A DNA stretch of 64,000 bases from Plasmodiophora brassicae (lineage: Eukaryota): positions 496,001 through 560,000 of the forward strand of contig CP145424.1 in NCBI GenBank assembly GCA_036867785.1, written 5' to 3'. A program made the position numbers and the translations under genes. The notes beneath the pieces are model-generated. The model ran no database searches, was not told the DNA's origin, and saw only the letters and a list, made by a program, of their open reading frames with translations. This document shows, one piece after another, positions 29,543-41,659 of the stretch (the stretch's first letter is position 1; each line of letters opens with the position of its first letter).

Positions 29543-31273
29543 TTAGTCGGCGAACGAACTGAGGATCTCGAACGGCGTGTACGGCTCCGCTGTGTCGTCG
29601 TCGATGATGGCCTCGGTGGCCTTCGACGGCAGGACGCGCCCGGACCACTGTCGCAGGCGTTCGATGTACCGGACGATGCTGTGGTCGGACACCGAGTACG
29701 GCAGCCAGGCGTCGGGGACGCTGTCGTACAGGTGGTTTGTCCCCGAGCGGATGTGGAGGATGCGCCCGACGTGCCTGAACTCGCTCTTGAGCAGCGTCCC
29801 CGACACGAGGTCGTTGTCGTTGATGATCAGGTACGAGTTCTTGACCATGGCCCGGTAGACGCGTCGGAAGCGGTCGTTGCCGACACGGGAGCACCCGTAC
29901 CCGACCTGGATCAGGCGGTCGCCCAGCGCGAACCGGTCCTGGAGGTGCAGAGCGCACAGGATCGCGTTGGCAGCGCCGAGCGAATGCCCGCACACGATCA
30001 CGCGTCGAATCGTCTCCAGGTGCCGCTGCACGACGGCGTCGACCCGGTCGCGAACGGACCGGAACTGGGTCAGGAACGCCTGGTGAACGCGCGCCTCGTC
30101 GTCCTCCTCGAACACCTCGTCGAACGGCACCGGCGCCGTCGCCAGGTCGATGTACATGTCCTTGACGGACGACGACCCACGATACGCGATGACGAGATCG
30201 TCCTTGCCGTACCTGAAGACGCCGACCTCCGCGTCCTCTTCCGACGTCATGAAGTCGAGCATGGTGAACGGCTGCGACGAGGGAAGGTCGCCGGCACGGG
30301 TTGCAACGACGTCGCCGGCTTCGTAGATGAGGCACGATATTTCGGCGAGGTCAACGAGCAGGTCCCGTTCCGGTTCGTCGGCCATCAGCTTCTGGAACGC
30401 GTTCACCGCCCGCCGGCGCTTGCGCACGTTGTCGATGACGCCGTTCCACGACCGGACGCTGCTCCTGTAGAGCTCGACGTCGCCATGGTCGGCCATCGGC
30501 GTCCGCTCGATCTTCCACACGTCGTCGCAGACGCGCCCGCTCTTCCTGAAATGCAGAAGCGTGCCGACGTGCACCCGGTCGCCCTCTGGCCCCGACAGCG
30601 CCAACGCGTCGCGCTCGTAGACGACTCGGTGCGTATTCGGCAGACGTCGGGTAAACGCTTCCGCGAACGAAGGTTCCCAGACGGGCGGGCTGCCGAATAG
30701 GACGGTGCGGACGCTGGCACCCTGTTCGGCAAGGTAGCGGGCGTGCAGAACAGCCAGGCAGGACGCATACCCGTGGCCGGTGACGACGACGTCGCCGGCC
30801 GGGTTGCGCTTGCGCCACCGTGCGACGACGGACGCGATGCCACAGTCGTCGTGGACGGATTCCCAGAGGCGCTGCGCGAATTCCGGGACGAGTTCGCCGT
30901 CCCAGACAACGGTCGACGTGGCGTCGCCGATCGCGACCCGGCTGTCGACCTGCAGGGCGATGATGAGGTGCGGTTGCCATTCGAGGACGGAGACCTGTGC
31001 GCCGGCGCCCGATTTCACCGAGCGTACGAGGTGGTCCAGGGGCGCCCCGCCGGCGCATGACTCGATGCACTGCGACAGGAGGGACGCGGACGGGAGCGTG
31101 GCGACCAGCTGCGGCCTGCGGTCCGGGCGCCGCCGCCGCTTCCTGGTGGCCACCGGCATGGCCAGCAGTGCCCGCCCGATCCGGTAATGGTCCAGGGCGG
31201 CGTCCACGCGCGTCGGAGACGATCGGGCCGCGTGAGTCACCACCGCCGCCGGAGCGCCGGGCCGTTCCGACAT
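29543..31273 (-). CDS. class 3 lipase with two tandem alpha/beta-hydrolase domains
   Basis: Intronless 576-aa ORF; VIAYRGS, VHQAF, VIVCGHSLGAA, YGCSRVGN, DLVS, FRHVG, DH; N-terminal copy VVVTGHGYA, FGSPPV, HVG, DH. Confidence 0.9.
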   Translation of the reverse strand: MSERPGAPAAVVTHAARSSPTRVDAALDHYRIGRALLAMPVATRKRRRRPDRRPQLVATLPSASLLSQCIESCAGGAPLDHLVRSVKSGAGAQVSVLEWQPHLIIALQVDSRVAIGDATSTVVWDGELVPEFAQRLWESVHDDCGIASVVARWRKRNPAGDVVVTGHGYASCLAVLHARYLAEQGASVRTVLFGSPPVWEPSFAEAFTRRLPNTHRVVYERDALALSGPEGDRVHVGTLLHFRKSGRVCDDVWKIERTPMADHGDVELYRSSVRSWNGVIDNVRKRRRAVNAFQKLMADEPERDLLVDLAEISCLIYEAGDVVATRAGDLPSSQPFTMLDFMTSEEDAEVGVFRYGKDDLVIAYRGSSSVKDMYIDLATAPVPFDEVFEEDDEARVHQAFLTQFRSVRDRVDAVVQRHLETIRRVIVCGHSLGAANAILCALHLQDRFALGDRLIQVGYGCSRVGNDRFRRVYRAMVKNSYLIINDNDLVSGTLLKSEFRHVGRILHIRSGTNHLYDSVPDAWLPYSVSDHSIVRYIERLRQWSGRVLPSKATEAIIDDDTAEPYTPFEILSSFAD

Positions 31274-31519
31274 TTAGGCGTCGGGGCCGGTATGTGACGG
31301 GACGGCCCGGGTCACCTCCTCGTTCACAGCTCCGCTTGTCGACGAATCTGTACGGGGTCTGCACAGACGCAGAGCGGCAGCACGTCGCGCGGCACGGCGC
31401 CTCGGCGGGGGGCGCTTTACCCGATCGAACTCGTTCCGGCCGCGCGGCACTGCTGGGCGATCGCCCGCCGGCCCGGAGGTTTATGATTCGAGGGGTTCTC
31501 CATGTGCGGAGGCAGGCCG

Positions 31520-32800
31520 TCATTCGACGCTGATGTTGGGGAGCTGACCGGGGATCAGCAAAGCGACCAAGTCATGGGACTGCGGAAGGTAATGCACGAT
31601 GGTACGCTCCTGCATCATTAGAACTACGATTAGCACATGGGGAGCCTTCCTCGCACGGCCGAGGACCTCTACCTGGTAGTAGGTGTCGCGATGGCGGATG
31701 TTCTCGATGACATCCTCCAGCAGGTGCGCCTTGCCAACGGAGCAATTCGCAGTGACGAGGTCGGAATGCACAAAGTGCACGTGGAAGTGGTAGTACGACG
31801 GGTGGTAATGGATGAACGAACGCATTAGGCGACGATCCACTCCATATCGCTCCTCGATAATTGCTGTGTCCGAAAACGATCAGGCGCGTTTCCTGCCCTG
31901 GATCGCTTGACCCATTTACCGTATGTCTTGTCACGAATGTTTTCCAGGAGCGATAAATGCTTTCCGGAAAGATCACGCAGCGATCGGATGGATGCATCCT
32001 GCAAACCGATGCCTTATCGTCAGCACCGGGACCCATTGGACAGGGATATCGTACGGACTACCCTGGCAATCGCTTGTAGGTACAGGCTCGTCATATGCGT
32101 GCCATTCCACTACGGGTGAATAAGAGAACGGTCGACAACGACATATGGAGGGTTACCTTGAAGTCAGGAAGTAGAATGAAGCCCAGCTGCGGGTCCGGGT
32201 CATCAAGGACGATGCGTTCCGCTTCGCTGACCTTGTCGAGAATGTTTCGGACCCATTGCGTCCTAGACTCTGGAATGGAGTGAATGTAGGGAACAACGGT
32301 CCTGTCCGCTCATCACATACACACCGCGGCATGATGGAACGCCAACCTGCTTACAGTTGGTACATATCCGCTGTCTCTTCAATTCGATAATACGGTTGCC
32401 GCTCGAACTTCTGAATATGTTTCGGTGTGGCCGGGTGCGTCATCGTCACATGGTACTTGGCCGTCGCGCTACCCACATACGTCGAGTACGCATCATTGGA
32501 AAGCGCGTTCTCCAGCGACACCTGCTCCAGGAACGCGGTTATATCCTCCCTGGACTCCATCGTCTGCGGTGTCGCCACAATCAACGCATCGCCCTGCAGT
32601 CCCTTCACCTTCCCGACGACAGCAACCGCTTTCGTAACCGGGTCACACGCTAACAAGTGCAACCGCCACAGGGTTCACACACGCGCTCGCGAACCGTCCC
32701 GACTTTCGCACGTACGCAAGCAACGGTCGGCGACGACATCGGAAAAGTCTCGTCGGTCATGCCTCGCTTTCATCGCAGCTTGCGGCGGCGACGACTCCAT
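31520..32800 (-). CDS. DCPS: m7GpppX diphosphatase (scavenger decapping enzyme), multi-exon
   Basis: [41 protein letters not shown] (HIT motif), [13 protein letters not shown]. Confidence 0.93.
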
Positions 32801-32925
32801 TTCTGATGGCGGATTGCGGCAGTTTGGCGTCGGCGCCCGTGGCAGCAGTGAGCGCAGCCTGCTGTTGAGGGCCCGCTGACGTTACATGCGACAGCTGATT
32901 CGCGGTCTGTTTCGCGTTGGTCGCC

Positions 32926-33626
32926 ATGGCGAAAGGTTCGCCTGGCGCAGACGGAGAACAGGCTCGGATTTGGGACTGAATGTTGCCGTGCAGATGCAGA
33001 GAAGATTGTAAGGGCGGGACGGTGTAGCAGGAGGGCGATTGCGGCTTAGCGGGTGTTTCCAGTTGTCGTCGCTGCCGCTGCAGATCGTCCTGTATTTCAA
33101 TGGGTTCTATGCGGGCCTGTATGTAGTCGTCGCAGTCATTCTGTTCATCTACAAGCGTACGGACTGGTGTAATCCCTTATGAATAACGCTGACGGCCATT
33201 CAGAATATCGGTTGTCGTATCCTCCAAACGTCTTTGGTGAGGAGATCGCAGGGCTAATTCTTCTGGCCTTCGTGGAGTTCTCCCGGCTACGCCTTGGTAC
33301 GCCTTTCTGCTCCGCACACGAATCCACTGTTGATCCGAGTCCACTAGCATCCAGAGGCAACCGAATGCAGCAGGTCATGCCCTTGCTGCTGGCCATCCTG
33401 GTAACGGGCCCCGCTCTCGTCGGGTACTTTTACTTCCTGAAATGGCAGACCTACATGTCCGTATTGTGTGCCCCCGCACCATTCCTGTCGCCCACACACT
33501 GTGTTTGTGCGCAGCCTAAACCTGGACGTCTACATGAACGGCGCCTGCATCGTGTTCGCCTGCTGCGAAGTCCTCCTCGCCCTGTACGCCACGATGACGT
33601 TCCTGCAGCATTCATCCACCGCGTGA
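32926..33626 (+). CDS. TMEM17/TMEM216-family ciliary transition-zone tetraspan protein
   Basis: Spliced LSSLPLQIVLYFNGFY..FIYK..LSYP..EIAGL..VEFSRLRL.SRGN..YFYFLKWQTY.LNLD. Confidence 0.85.
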
Positions 33627-33783
33627 GCAGCATGGCCCGCTGTTGTTTCCATAAACGTATCCGGTGGCCGGTTTGTGATCCAGCCCGTGTCGTCGACGGA
33701 GAGCAGCGTATTGAACTCCGTGGCGGACAGTGCGCGAACGAGCGGCGGTTGCAGCTTTTGGCCACGGCGCACTGTTGTTCGTC

Positions 33784-34627
33784 ATGTCGCGCGCGCGTCT
33801 GTACATCGGCAACGTCTCGCGACGCACGCGCACCAGCGACATCGAGTACCTGTTCAGCAAGTACGGGCGCGTCGTCGATATCGACCTGAAGTCCGATTAC
33901 GGGTTCGTCGAGTTCGAGGACGTTCGCGACGCCGAGGACGCCGTCTACGAGCTCGATGGGTACCGGATGGACGGCGTGCGCCTGACGGTCGAACGTGCGC
34001 GGCACCCGCGCGGCAGCGATCGGTCGTCGTCTCGTCGAGAGGCGCCGGGTGCCGGCAAATGCTACAACTGCGGCAAAGATGGTCACTGGTAACGAATCCA
34101 CGCCGATCCCACCGGGTTCCCCTGCCTCTGACCTGTTGTTGATCGCAGGGCGCGTGATTGCCCGAACGGCGACTGGAGGTAACGCTAGCGACGGAGCATT
34201 TGCCGTGTTTGGTGACGCGACAACCCTGCGTCCGGGTTTGAATAGTTCGCGCCACTTTTCTCTGGTTGATCTCCATGTTGAATCTCCGTTCTCCTTTGTG
34301 TCATGCGGGGATCGTTCGCTGACTGGACCTGTGAACAGCAACCGTTGCTACCGATGCGGTCGGGCCGGGCATCTGGAGCGCGCCTGCACAGAAGCGGGAG
34401 GTGCGCGCAGGTCGGCATCGCCACATGCCGCCCGATCGCCGTCTCCCCGTCGTCGTTCATCGCGAACGCCGTCCCGCTCGCCGTCGCCGTCCCGCGACGT
34501 CAATGGCACGACTGGCGAAATGGACACCGTTACAGACACGGTGGCGGAGACAGAGGCTGAACCGGCCGTTCAAGAAGGCGACAAGGGCGCCGAGCCCGCT
34601 GAGCCCGCCGAGCCCGCCGCCCCCTAG
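33784..34627 (+). CDS. SR splicing factor with RRM and two CCHC knuckles (RS2Z-like)
   Basis: [68 protein letters not shown] tail; introns ~34089-34148 and 34179-34338. Confidence 0.92.
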
Positions 34628-34769
34628 GTGTCTGGCGAGTAAGAACGTCCACCATCGGTCCGCCTGTCCAATCACCTCCCCCGTCAATACAAGACCAGTT
34701 TTGAACCTGTTTATCGCAGGGGCGCCTGGCGTTCGCAAACCTAGATACTTGTACTTTATTGTGTTAAGT

Positions 34770-35060
34770 TCAGGCGCCGATTGCCAGGACGGCCAGCAGG
34801 ACAGCGATGAGGGAGGCAGTCGGGTTCACCGGACCGAACGCTGCCGACGTTGCCGTACGGTCGCCGGAGCACTCTGTGGTGTTGATGAGGGAGATCGTGC
34901 CGTCCGCGTTGGTCTTGTTAGTCTGGATCAGGTGGCAGGTGGGCGCCATTGTCGTGTTGATAGTTGGCGCGCTTGTGTTGAGGTTCTTGGTGTCGTCGGC
35001 GCTGGCAAGAGACAGGGCGACGATGGCGGCAACGCAGCAGACGACGACCAGGCGCGACAT
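34770..35060 (-). CDS. small secreted, probably GPI-anchored glycoprotein (96 aa)
   Basis: Signal peptide MSRLVVVCCVAAIVALSLASA; several N-x-S/T sequons; two Cys; terminal hydrophobic SLIAVLLAVLAIGA*. Confidence 0.75.
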   Translation of the reverse strand: MSRLVVVCCVAAIVALSLASADDTKNLNTSAPTINTTMAPTCHLIQTNKTNADGTISLINTTECSGDRTATSAAFGPVNPTASLIAVLLAVLAIGA

Positions 35061-35606
35061 GTTGCTTATGGCTATAGGGTTTGGATTTGGGTTTGGGTGT
35101 GCTTAGTGCTTAGCGAAAATAACTATGAGCGCGCGCTGTCCACGTCTGCGCGCCCATGCGGCGGCCTGCGATTGACTCATCGACAGCCTGAACGAAGGTG
35201 CCGCCACTGGCAGGCGGCACGCGCCATGTGCGCGTGCCTGGCGCGTGCCTGCGTGACCGGCGGCACACAGGTCAGTACGTGCCAGGCGGATCGGCCTTCT
35301 CCTGGGGGGCGCCTGTTTCTACTCCTGCATCCGTGTTCCGCCCTCTGCGAAGTACGTACGCATCGTCACGACGTGCTCCGGCCACGACGAACGGCACACA
35401 TCGCAGTGTTCCCGTAGTTCGCTGTCGATGGCCGTGTCGATGGGTGCAGGTGACGCCAAAATGGCGCGTTGAGAAAGTCCCGCGCGCGCGCGCGCTTCTG
35501 GGGGACGGACGGAGGCGCCCCCGTGGGCCGAGGTCGGACTCGGACCGGGGCATGCCGCGCGCGCGCGCGCGTGGCATACTGATTCAGCTCCGGGGGCGGC
35601 ACCGCC

Positions 35607-37742
35607 ATGGGGATCAAGACGCTGCTGGTGGAGCTGCGCCCCGTGACGCGCGACGTGCACCTGTCCGAGTTCGCCCGGCAGCGCGTCGCCGTCGACGCGT
35701 CCTGCTGGCTGCACCGCGCCGCGCTGACCTGCGCGATGGACCTGATCCTCGGCAGGCGCAACCTGTCGTGGCTGAAATGGTGGCCACCGGGCACGCGTTG
35801 TGCGGCGAACCTTTGCGTTAACAGGCGTCGCCCACTGCTAGGTGCATGCATATGGTCAACATGCTTAAACATTACGAGGTGACCCCGGTCATTGTTTTCG
35901 ACGGTTGTCTCCTGTGCAGTCGATCGCCAAGCGTGGCACGCTGAAACGCTGTTCAGGTTGCCAGTTGCCCCAGAAGCTGGATGAGAATGAGCGGCGAAGG
36001 GAGGCACGGCGAGCGGCGAAACAGAAGGGCGTTGAACTCCTCGCGAAAGGGAGGAAACGCGAGGCGTTCTCCGCGTTTCATCAAGCCGTCTCCATTACGC
36101 CCGCGATGAAGCATGATTTCATTCGGGAGCTTCGGGCGCGGAAGATCGACTTCGTCGTGGCCCCGTATGAAGCCGACGCCCAGCTCGCGTACCTCGTGAA
36201 GACCGGCGTTGTTGATGCCGTCATCAGCGAGGATTCGGACCTGCTCCTGTTTGGCGTCACGCGAATGATCGCCAAACTTTCGAAAACAGGATCCGGGCAG
36301 ATGATCGACATGGCCCTGATCGAAAGCGTCCCGACGAGGCCAGAGACGTTCGCCAGTCAACTCAGGCACCTGACTCACGAACAGTTCGTCGATGGTAGGT
36401 TTGCCAGCGCATCCACTCCGGGCACTGAATTGCGGTTTGTGCTCAGTTTGCATTATGAACGGGTGTGACTACATGGACGGCCTGCCCGGGATAGGCCTCA
36501 AGACCGCAATCAAGCTCATGAAAGAACACGGCTGTGTCGAGGCGATTCTGGCGGATTCGCCCTATGGGAAGAGCGCTCCCAGTGCCTACTTGGAGGATTT
36601 CCAGCGTGCGCGGATGACGTTTCGGCACCAACGTGTTTTCTGCCAGGCCGCTCGAGGGATCGTTCATCTGACGCCAAGAGGAGACGAGCGCAACGACACC
36701 GAGGACGACTTTCTTGGTAAGCATCTGGACGCCGATCTTGCAGAACGCATCGCAACTGGTCTGGTGGACACGAAGACACTTCAGCCCATCGAGATGTCTT
36801 CGACAGCCGTCTTTGCCGATTCCTTTGTCCCATCACTTCCTCCTGCACAAATGCCCCCGAAGCACATGACCGTGGACTATGCGAAGGTTTTCAAGTTCAG
36901 ACCTGTCGCAGACGAACTCGTCATGCGCGACCCTGTCAACGTGAAGAACGACATCTCCCGTTTGAAGGGATTGTTCAGTCGAGGGAATGGGTCGCCGGGT
37001 ACTCCAGGACGGACGACGCCGCGTTCACTTCCATCGTTCTTCGCTGATAACTTCAGTCGTACCGATGCTGAGACGATTGAATCCGAGGAGGAGGCGACGC
37101 CGCCGCGAGGCGGGATCATGCGAACAAGCGACGATGATTATGACGCAGAGCTGGAAGAATTCGCCGGGTCGTTACCAGATCGTTTGGACGATGCACAATT
37201 GAGGGCGCTTCTGGACGGCGACGAGCCTCCTGTTGCACGGGACGACGACCCTGCTGTGGTGGAGCCGCCGCCAAAGTATGGGTTCCTTATGTGACATTTG
37301 GGATGGATACTGAAGCTCGGACACAGGAGAAACGCACCCAAGACCCCGCCCGTTCGGTCCCGTCCGTATACGCCAGTCAGGAAGAAGCTGAAACCATCCA
37401 AGCCGCAAGCCAAGTTAACTGCCTTCTTTCACCGAAGATCGCTTTGATAATATTTGATGGTGCTATTGGGACGCTGGCGATGCAGCCTGACATGTTTAGC
37501 CTGTGCCTAGGAATGCGATGTATGCAGACCCTTGGATTGTCATATATGCGCACTGCTGACGATGGAGAGACGCAGATTGGGCATTGCCGTACCCACGTGC
37601 TGTGTCATACGTCGACGTCGCCGCGTAGTTCTGTACGCCTTTCGGCAGCATCCTCTCGTATGGTTATGTGCATCATCACGAAGCGATAGACACAACTCCA
37701 GATAGGAGCAGACAGCGCTGCTTCGAACATATATTACAGTGA
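35607..37742 (+). CDS. EXO1: exonuclease 1 (XPG/Rad2 family), multi-exon; 3' end approximate
   Basis: MGIKTLL..VAVDASCWLHRA, VVAPYEADAQLAYL, ISEDSDLLLFG, GCDYMDGLPGIGLKTA, TFRHQRVF. Confidence 0.92.
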
Positions 37743-37777
37743 ATAGATACAAATGCGGTCTGCTCCACCAGTCGCTT

Positions 37778-40709
37778 TCACTCGAACGCTGGCGATGTTA
37801 GTAAGTGCATCATTAGGTCTGCACCTGGGCTGTCTGTCGACGACGAGGATCGCGGTGGAAACTGCGTTAGAGCCTGGCCGAAAACCAGCGCTGTACCGAG
37901 ATCACGTTCAGCACGTTTCATGACGGGCAAGGTCGAAGCCTTCGTACCGAGGTCTCGAGGCTGAATCTCATTTTGTTCTTGTCGAGTCAGCAGTTCGCGC
38001 AGGAACGAAACAATGTAGATGACGACATTGTAGTGCGCCAGTGGAAGGTCGATTAAACACTAGACGACGCGTGAGACAATGAGAAACGAGACACCAGTTT
38101 GGAACGGACCTGTTTGCAGAACGCGGTCGGGTCAGGACTCTGCCTGAATTCCTGGCAGAGCTGAATTGGAATGACCGGCCTGGACACGCAAGGCGCAACA
38201 GTCAGGCAGGTACCGTACGTCTTTCGGCGCACCTTACTTGCTAAGGCTGTCCAGAAACCTGACCAGCACTTCCGCCATCGATATCGGAGCGTACTGTTTA
38301 CGGAAAGCAGTATTCGTGTCCAGATCGTCGAATATGTTGGGAACGTCGTCGTTATTGCCGCACGACGTGAAGAGTTCGGGTGTCGAAAGCCCTCCGTTCC
38401 GATACAGGTAATCGACGATTCGCCACAGTTCCTCTGCAGTGGTCGTCAGTGTGTTTACGAGAATGACAGTGTCGAGGGTGGTTCTTACTTGGAATCGCAA
38501 GTACATTATCTCCCGCAGACGGCTGCACCGATGCCTGTGTTCTCACAGGCCCGCTTACGCAGACAAGGTACCTGAAGGTCCTCAGTACCGTGAAGCACTA
38601 TGGTCACGTCGGACGTACTCGATGGTCGATGCGGCACACGACGGCAGCCAGTCCCCGCTAACTGGAATGAAATAATCACAACCTGCACGTGGGCATTAGG
38701 ACGGAACAGCCCAGAACAACAAAGGACCTGAACAGCGAACCCTTGAACAGCTTCATGATCAGGATGTCATCTAACACCAGCTGGCGAGTGTTTAATCCGA
38801 ACGCGATATCTCTCGACACGACATGAATTTGGATGGTAATGTCCAGCGTTTCACCTGGGGGTATTATTCCGAAGGCAGGCTCTATAACCAAGTCAGCTCA
38901 TCGGCATTTTAACAGTTTGGACCCGCGTTACCGATTGAGAGCCAAGGTTTACAGATGTCACGTTTGGTGGCCGCATCCGGTTTAGGTGCAAAGTGGAATT
39001 GCACAATCGCTTTACAAGAGCGTCAGCGAGATGGCACTGAATCAGTGCACATGCGGCACACCTTCGCCGTCGTTGCGCAGCTGGATGGTCTGCGACTGAC
39101 GTTGGTCGAAATGGACGGCCGGGAAGTGAACCGACGTCGACGATAGGGCAATCTGCCGACAGTAATCGTTACATGAGGTCGGCCTGTGGAGGAGCGGTCA
39201 CGAACCTTCGGGATCTGCTGGTTCTCAAGCGCATCCAGTTGCTTGACTAGCGACTGGAAAACCTCGTTTCGGCGCTCCTGAACGAGGACCTTCACCGCGA
39301 TGGCAAAGCACGACATCACAGGCTTGTGGTCGGACATTAGCAACGAAGGAGCAGACTGGTAAAACAGCTGCTGTGCGTTCCCCGATTGCGTCTTCCACAG
39401 GATCCGGTCGCACCACGCCGGTGCCCGTTTCTTCTTGTCTGGTCGCCTGTTGTCGGTTCAGTCAGACGGTTTGTTCAAGCAGAAACACGACCATCACCTT
39501 TCATATTCGTTCGTATTGGGTTGGAACTTGTACGTAGGAGGAAACGTGACGCTTCCTTCGGAATACCGCTGAAACACGGCCTCGTTCGCGCGTTCTACCA
39601 TCAGCTGGTCGTACCGTAATAGGTACGAAAGATCATTGGCCGCAATGCGTTCGTAGATGACATCCATGTCGGGCAGGTCGATACGGTAATTCAGATCGCC
39701 GATCCAGAAAACGTAATCATGTCGGTCAATGGGGAACAATTCCGCGCGTTGACCGCGTTCCGCCCCTGGACTGAACCGTAGCTTCTCGTTGATATCACGA
39801 AAGTTGTCGTTTCGCGCTACGACGTGCGCCGTTAGACCCCCGACCAGATGAACTCAGCAACGCACCAGCATCCGACCTTGGGCGTTGTTCTGGTGAGCAG
39901 CCAGATGCGAATTGACAACGCAAATCGACGAATCGTACAAGTTGAAACTGATGGCAATGGCGCCTTTGTTCCCGATCCCCATGACGCCAACTCCAGTCTG
40001 TGCCATGAGCACCTGGAGGGAGATTCAGAACAGAGCCCGGACGATGGCACCGCGCATAAAGAACGACTTGGGACATGTGGGCCGGGTAAATGTCCTTCTT
40101 GGCGAATACGCACAGGACAATGCCGACGAGCTGTTTGTAGTTGACCAGCAGATAATTGTCCGACAGGCAGGACCTGCGTGCCATTAGGAACAACGAACGC
40201 GGTCGGTGGGCTGCGGGCCTCACTGAAACTTCTGGATCCAGGGTTCAGCCGTCTGTGGGTCCCTCATGACGTTTGACGCGTTCAGGTCGACAATCTTGTA
40301 CCTAACAGCGTCAGGAGTGGGGCGCAGGTTCGACACACATACGAAGGCTGACCTCCTGCATGCCAATCGCGTAGATGTCAGGCGACACGGCCATTTGCGG
40401 TGGTCGTAACCAGGCCTCCAGACGGCAATTCTCCTTCTTGGCGTTGACATTCCATGTCCCCAGGAATATACTATGGTCGGATTGTCAGAACGCCTGCCTG
40501 GCACAGTTCCTTGTTTCGTACTGCAGCGTCTTCTCGTCCGTGAACTCGCTGATGCGCTTCGCCATCTGCCGTTTGATCCAGTCGTCGCGCATCATGAGGT
40601 TATTCACCGCGACGTCGGGGATCCCTACGCCCGCAGCGCACCCGTCAGTCCCCTGCGGGTGGACGCTCTGCCCGCGCCCGCCCGAACCTGCTCCATCGGC
40701 GTCCCCCAT
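37778..40709 (-). CDS. OCRL: inositol polyphosphate 5-phosphatase with ASH and RhoGAP-like domains (OCRL/INPP5B)
   Basis: HDYVFWIGDLNYRI, YDQL, FPPTYKF, PAWCDRILW, SDHKPV; ASH-like GIIPPGETLDI; ELWRIVDYLY..LF. Confidence 0.92.
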
Positions 40710-40860
40710 GACGTCCGGCGGCGTCAACCGACAACGTCCCCCCGGCCCCTTCCGACAGATTATTTTAGGCACACAGAAAACCGGAAACCCCGGAACTGGC
40801 TCCGAGTCGATGGTGCGGCTCTTGTGGCGATCACCTCACAAAGATCGTCATCGATTGACC

Positions 40861-41444
40861 ATGGCTCTGCCAACTACAAAACGCCCTGGCGTCATGAAGA
40901 GGCACAGCGAAATTAAAGAACGTACGAGGGCGTTGCCGCGTTGGTTGGCGCTTCAGGTAGACGATATATTATGGCGATGCAATGCCATGGAAACGCCGTT
41001 GCCGTCAGGCGCGACCCGTATGATGACAGACGGTTGTCCGGGCCCCCATATCGTGAGCGAGACGGCATCAGCTGTTGTGTCATCTCGCCCGACCAACGGC
41101 ACCCCATTTTGTCGTCGTAGATCGGAATCCCATCGTATCTGGTTCAGACGACGGTGCCTGTTTCGATGTTCGAAACGTGGCAATTAGTCGGGTCGGTATT
41201 GTTGCATACTGCAGAAGCTGAGGTCTTGGCGTTACGAAGCCGCCAGCAGGACATGGACCGCAATCGCAGCGGTGGCTGCGGACGCCAACCTATAAGGTTG
41301 CCGGAAGGCGTTGCAGACCTGCGTCGCAAGTGGCCTGCGGGTATCCGTTGGATTCCGGACAGGTGTCCGTCCACAATGCTGGCTCCGTTTCGTACCGGCG
41401 CCAGTGATATGCATTCTCAAAGCTTCCATCACATACTGCCGTAA
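40861..41444 (+). CDS. hypothetical protein, spliced (uncertain)
   Basis: ATG plus short ORFs linked by plausible GT-AG introns; no recognisable motif. Confidence 0.3.
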
Positions 41445-41659
41445 GGGCATAGCATCTCAACAAGATGGGTTTGCGCAAACGTTCGCCTGGTTGGCGGTTC
41501 CACACTGCTCCGCGGTACCTGCAGCGCAGCGCCGCACCGCAGAGTCACGCAGAACAGGACTGCGAGACTGGTCGAACGAGTCGCGCGAGTCGCGCACCTT
41601 GTTTCAGCAGAGCAGCGCCGCGAATCCACCACCAGTTGCGGCCGCATTTCGGAATCAAC

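Noticed and set aside
29396-31533. Several long overlapping ORFs (434, 390 and 310 aa)
   Set aside because: Alternative frames and antisense of the very GC-rich lipase gene
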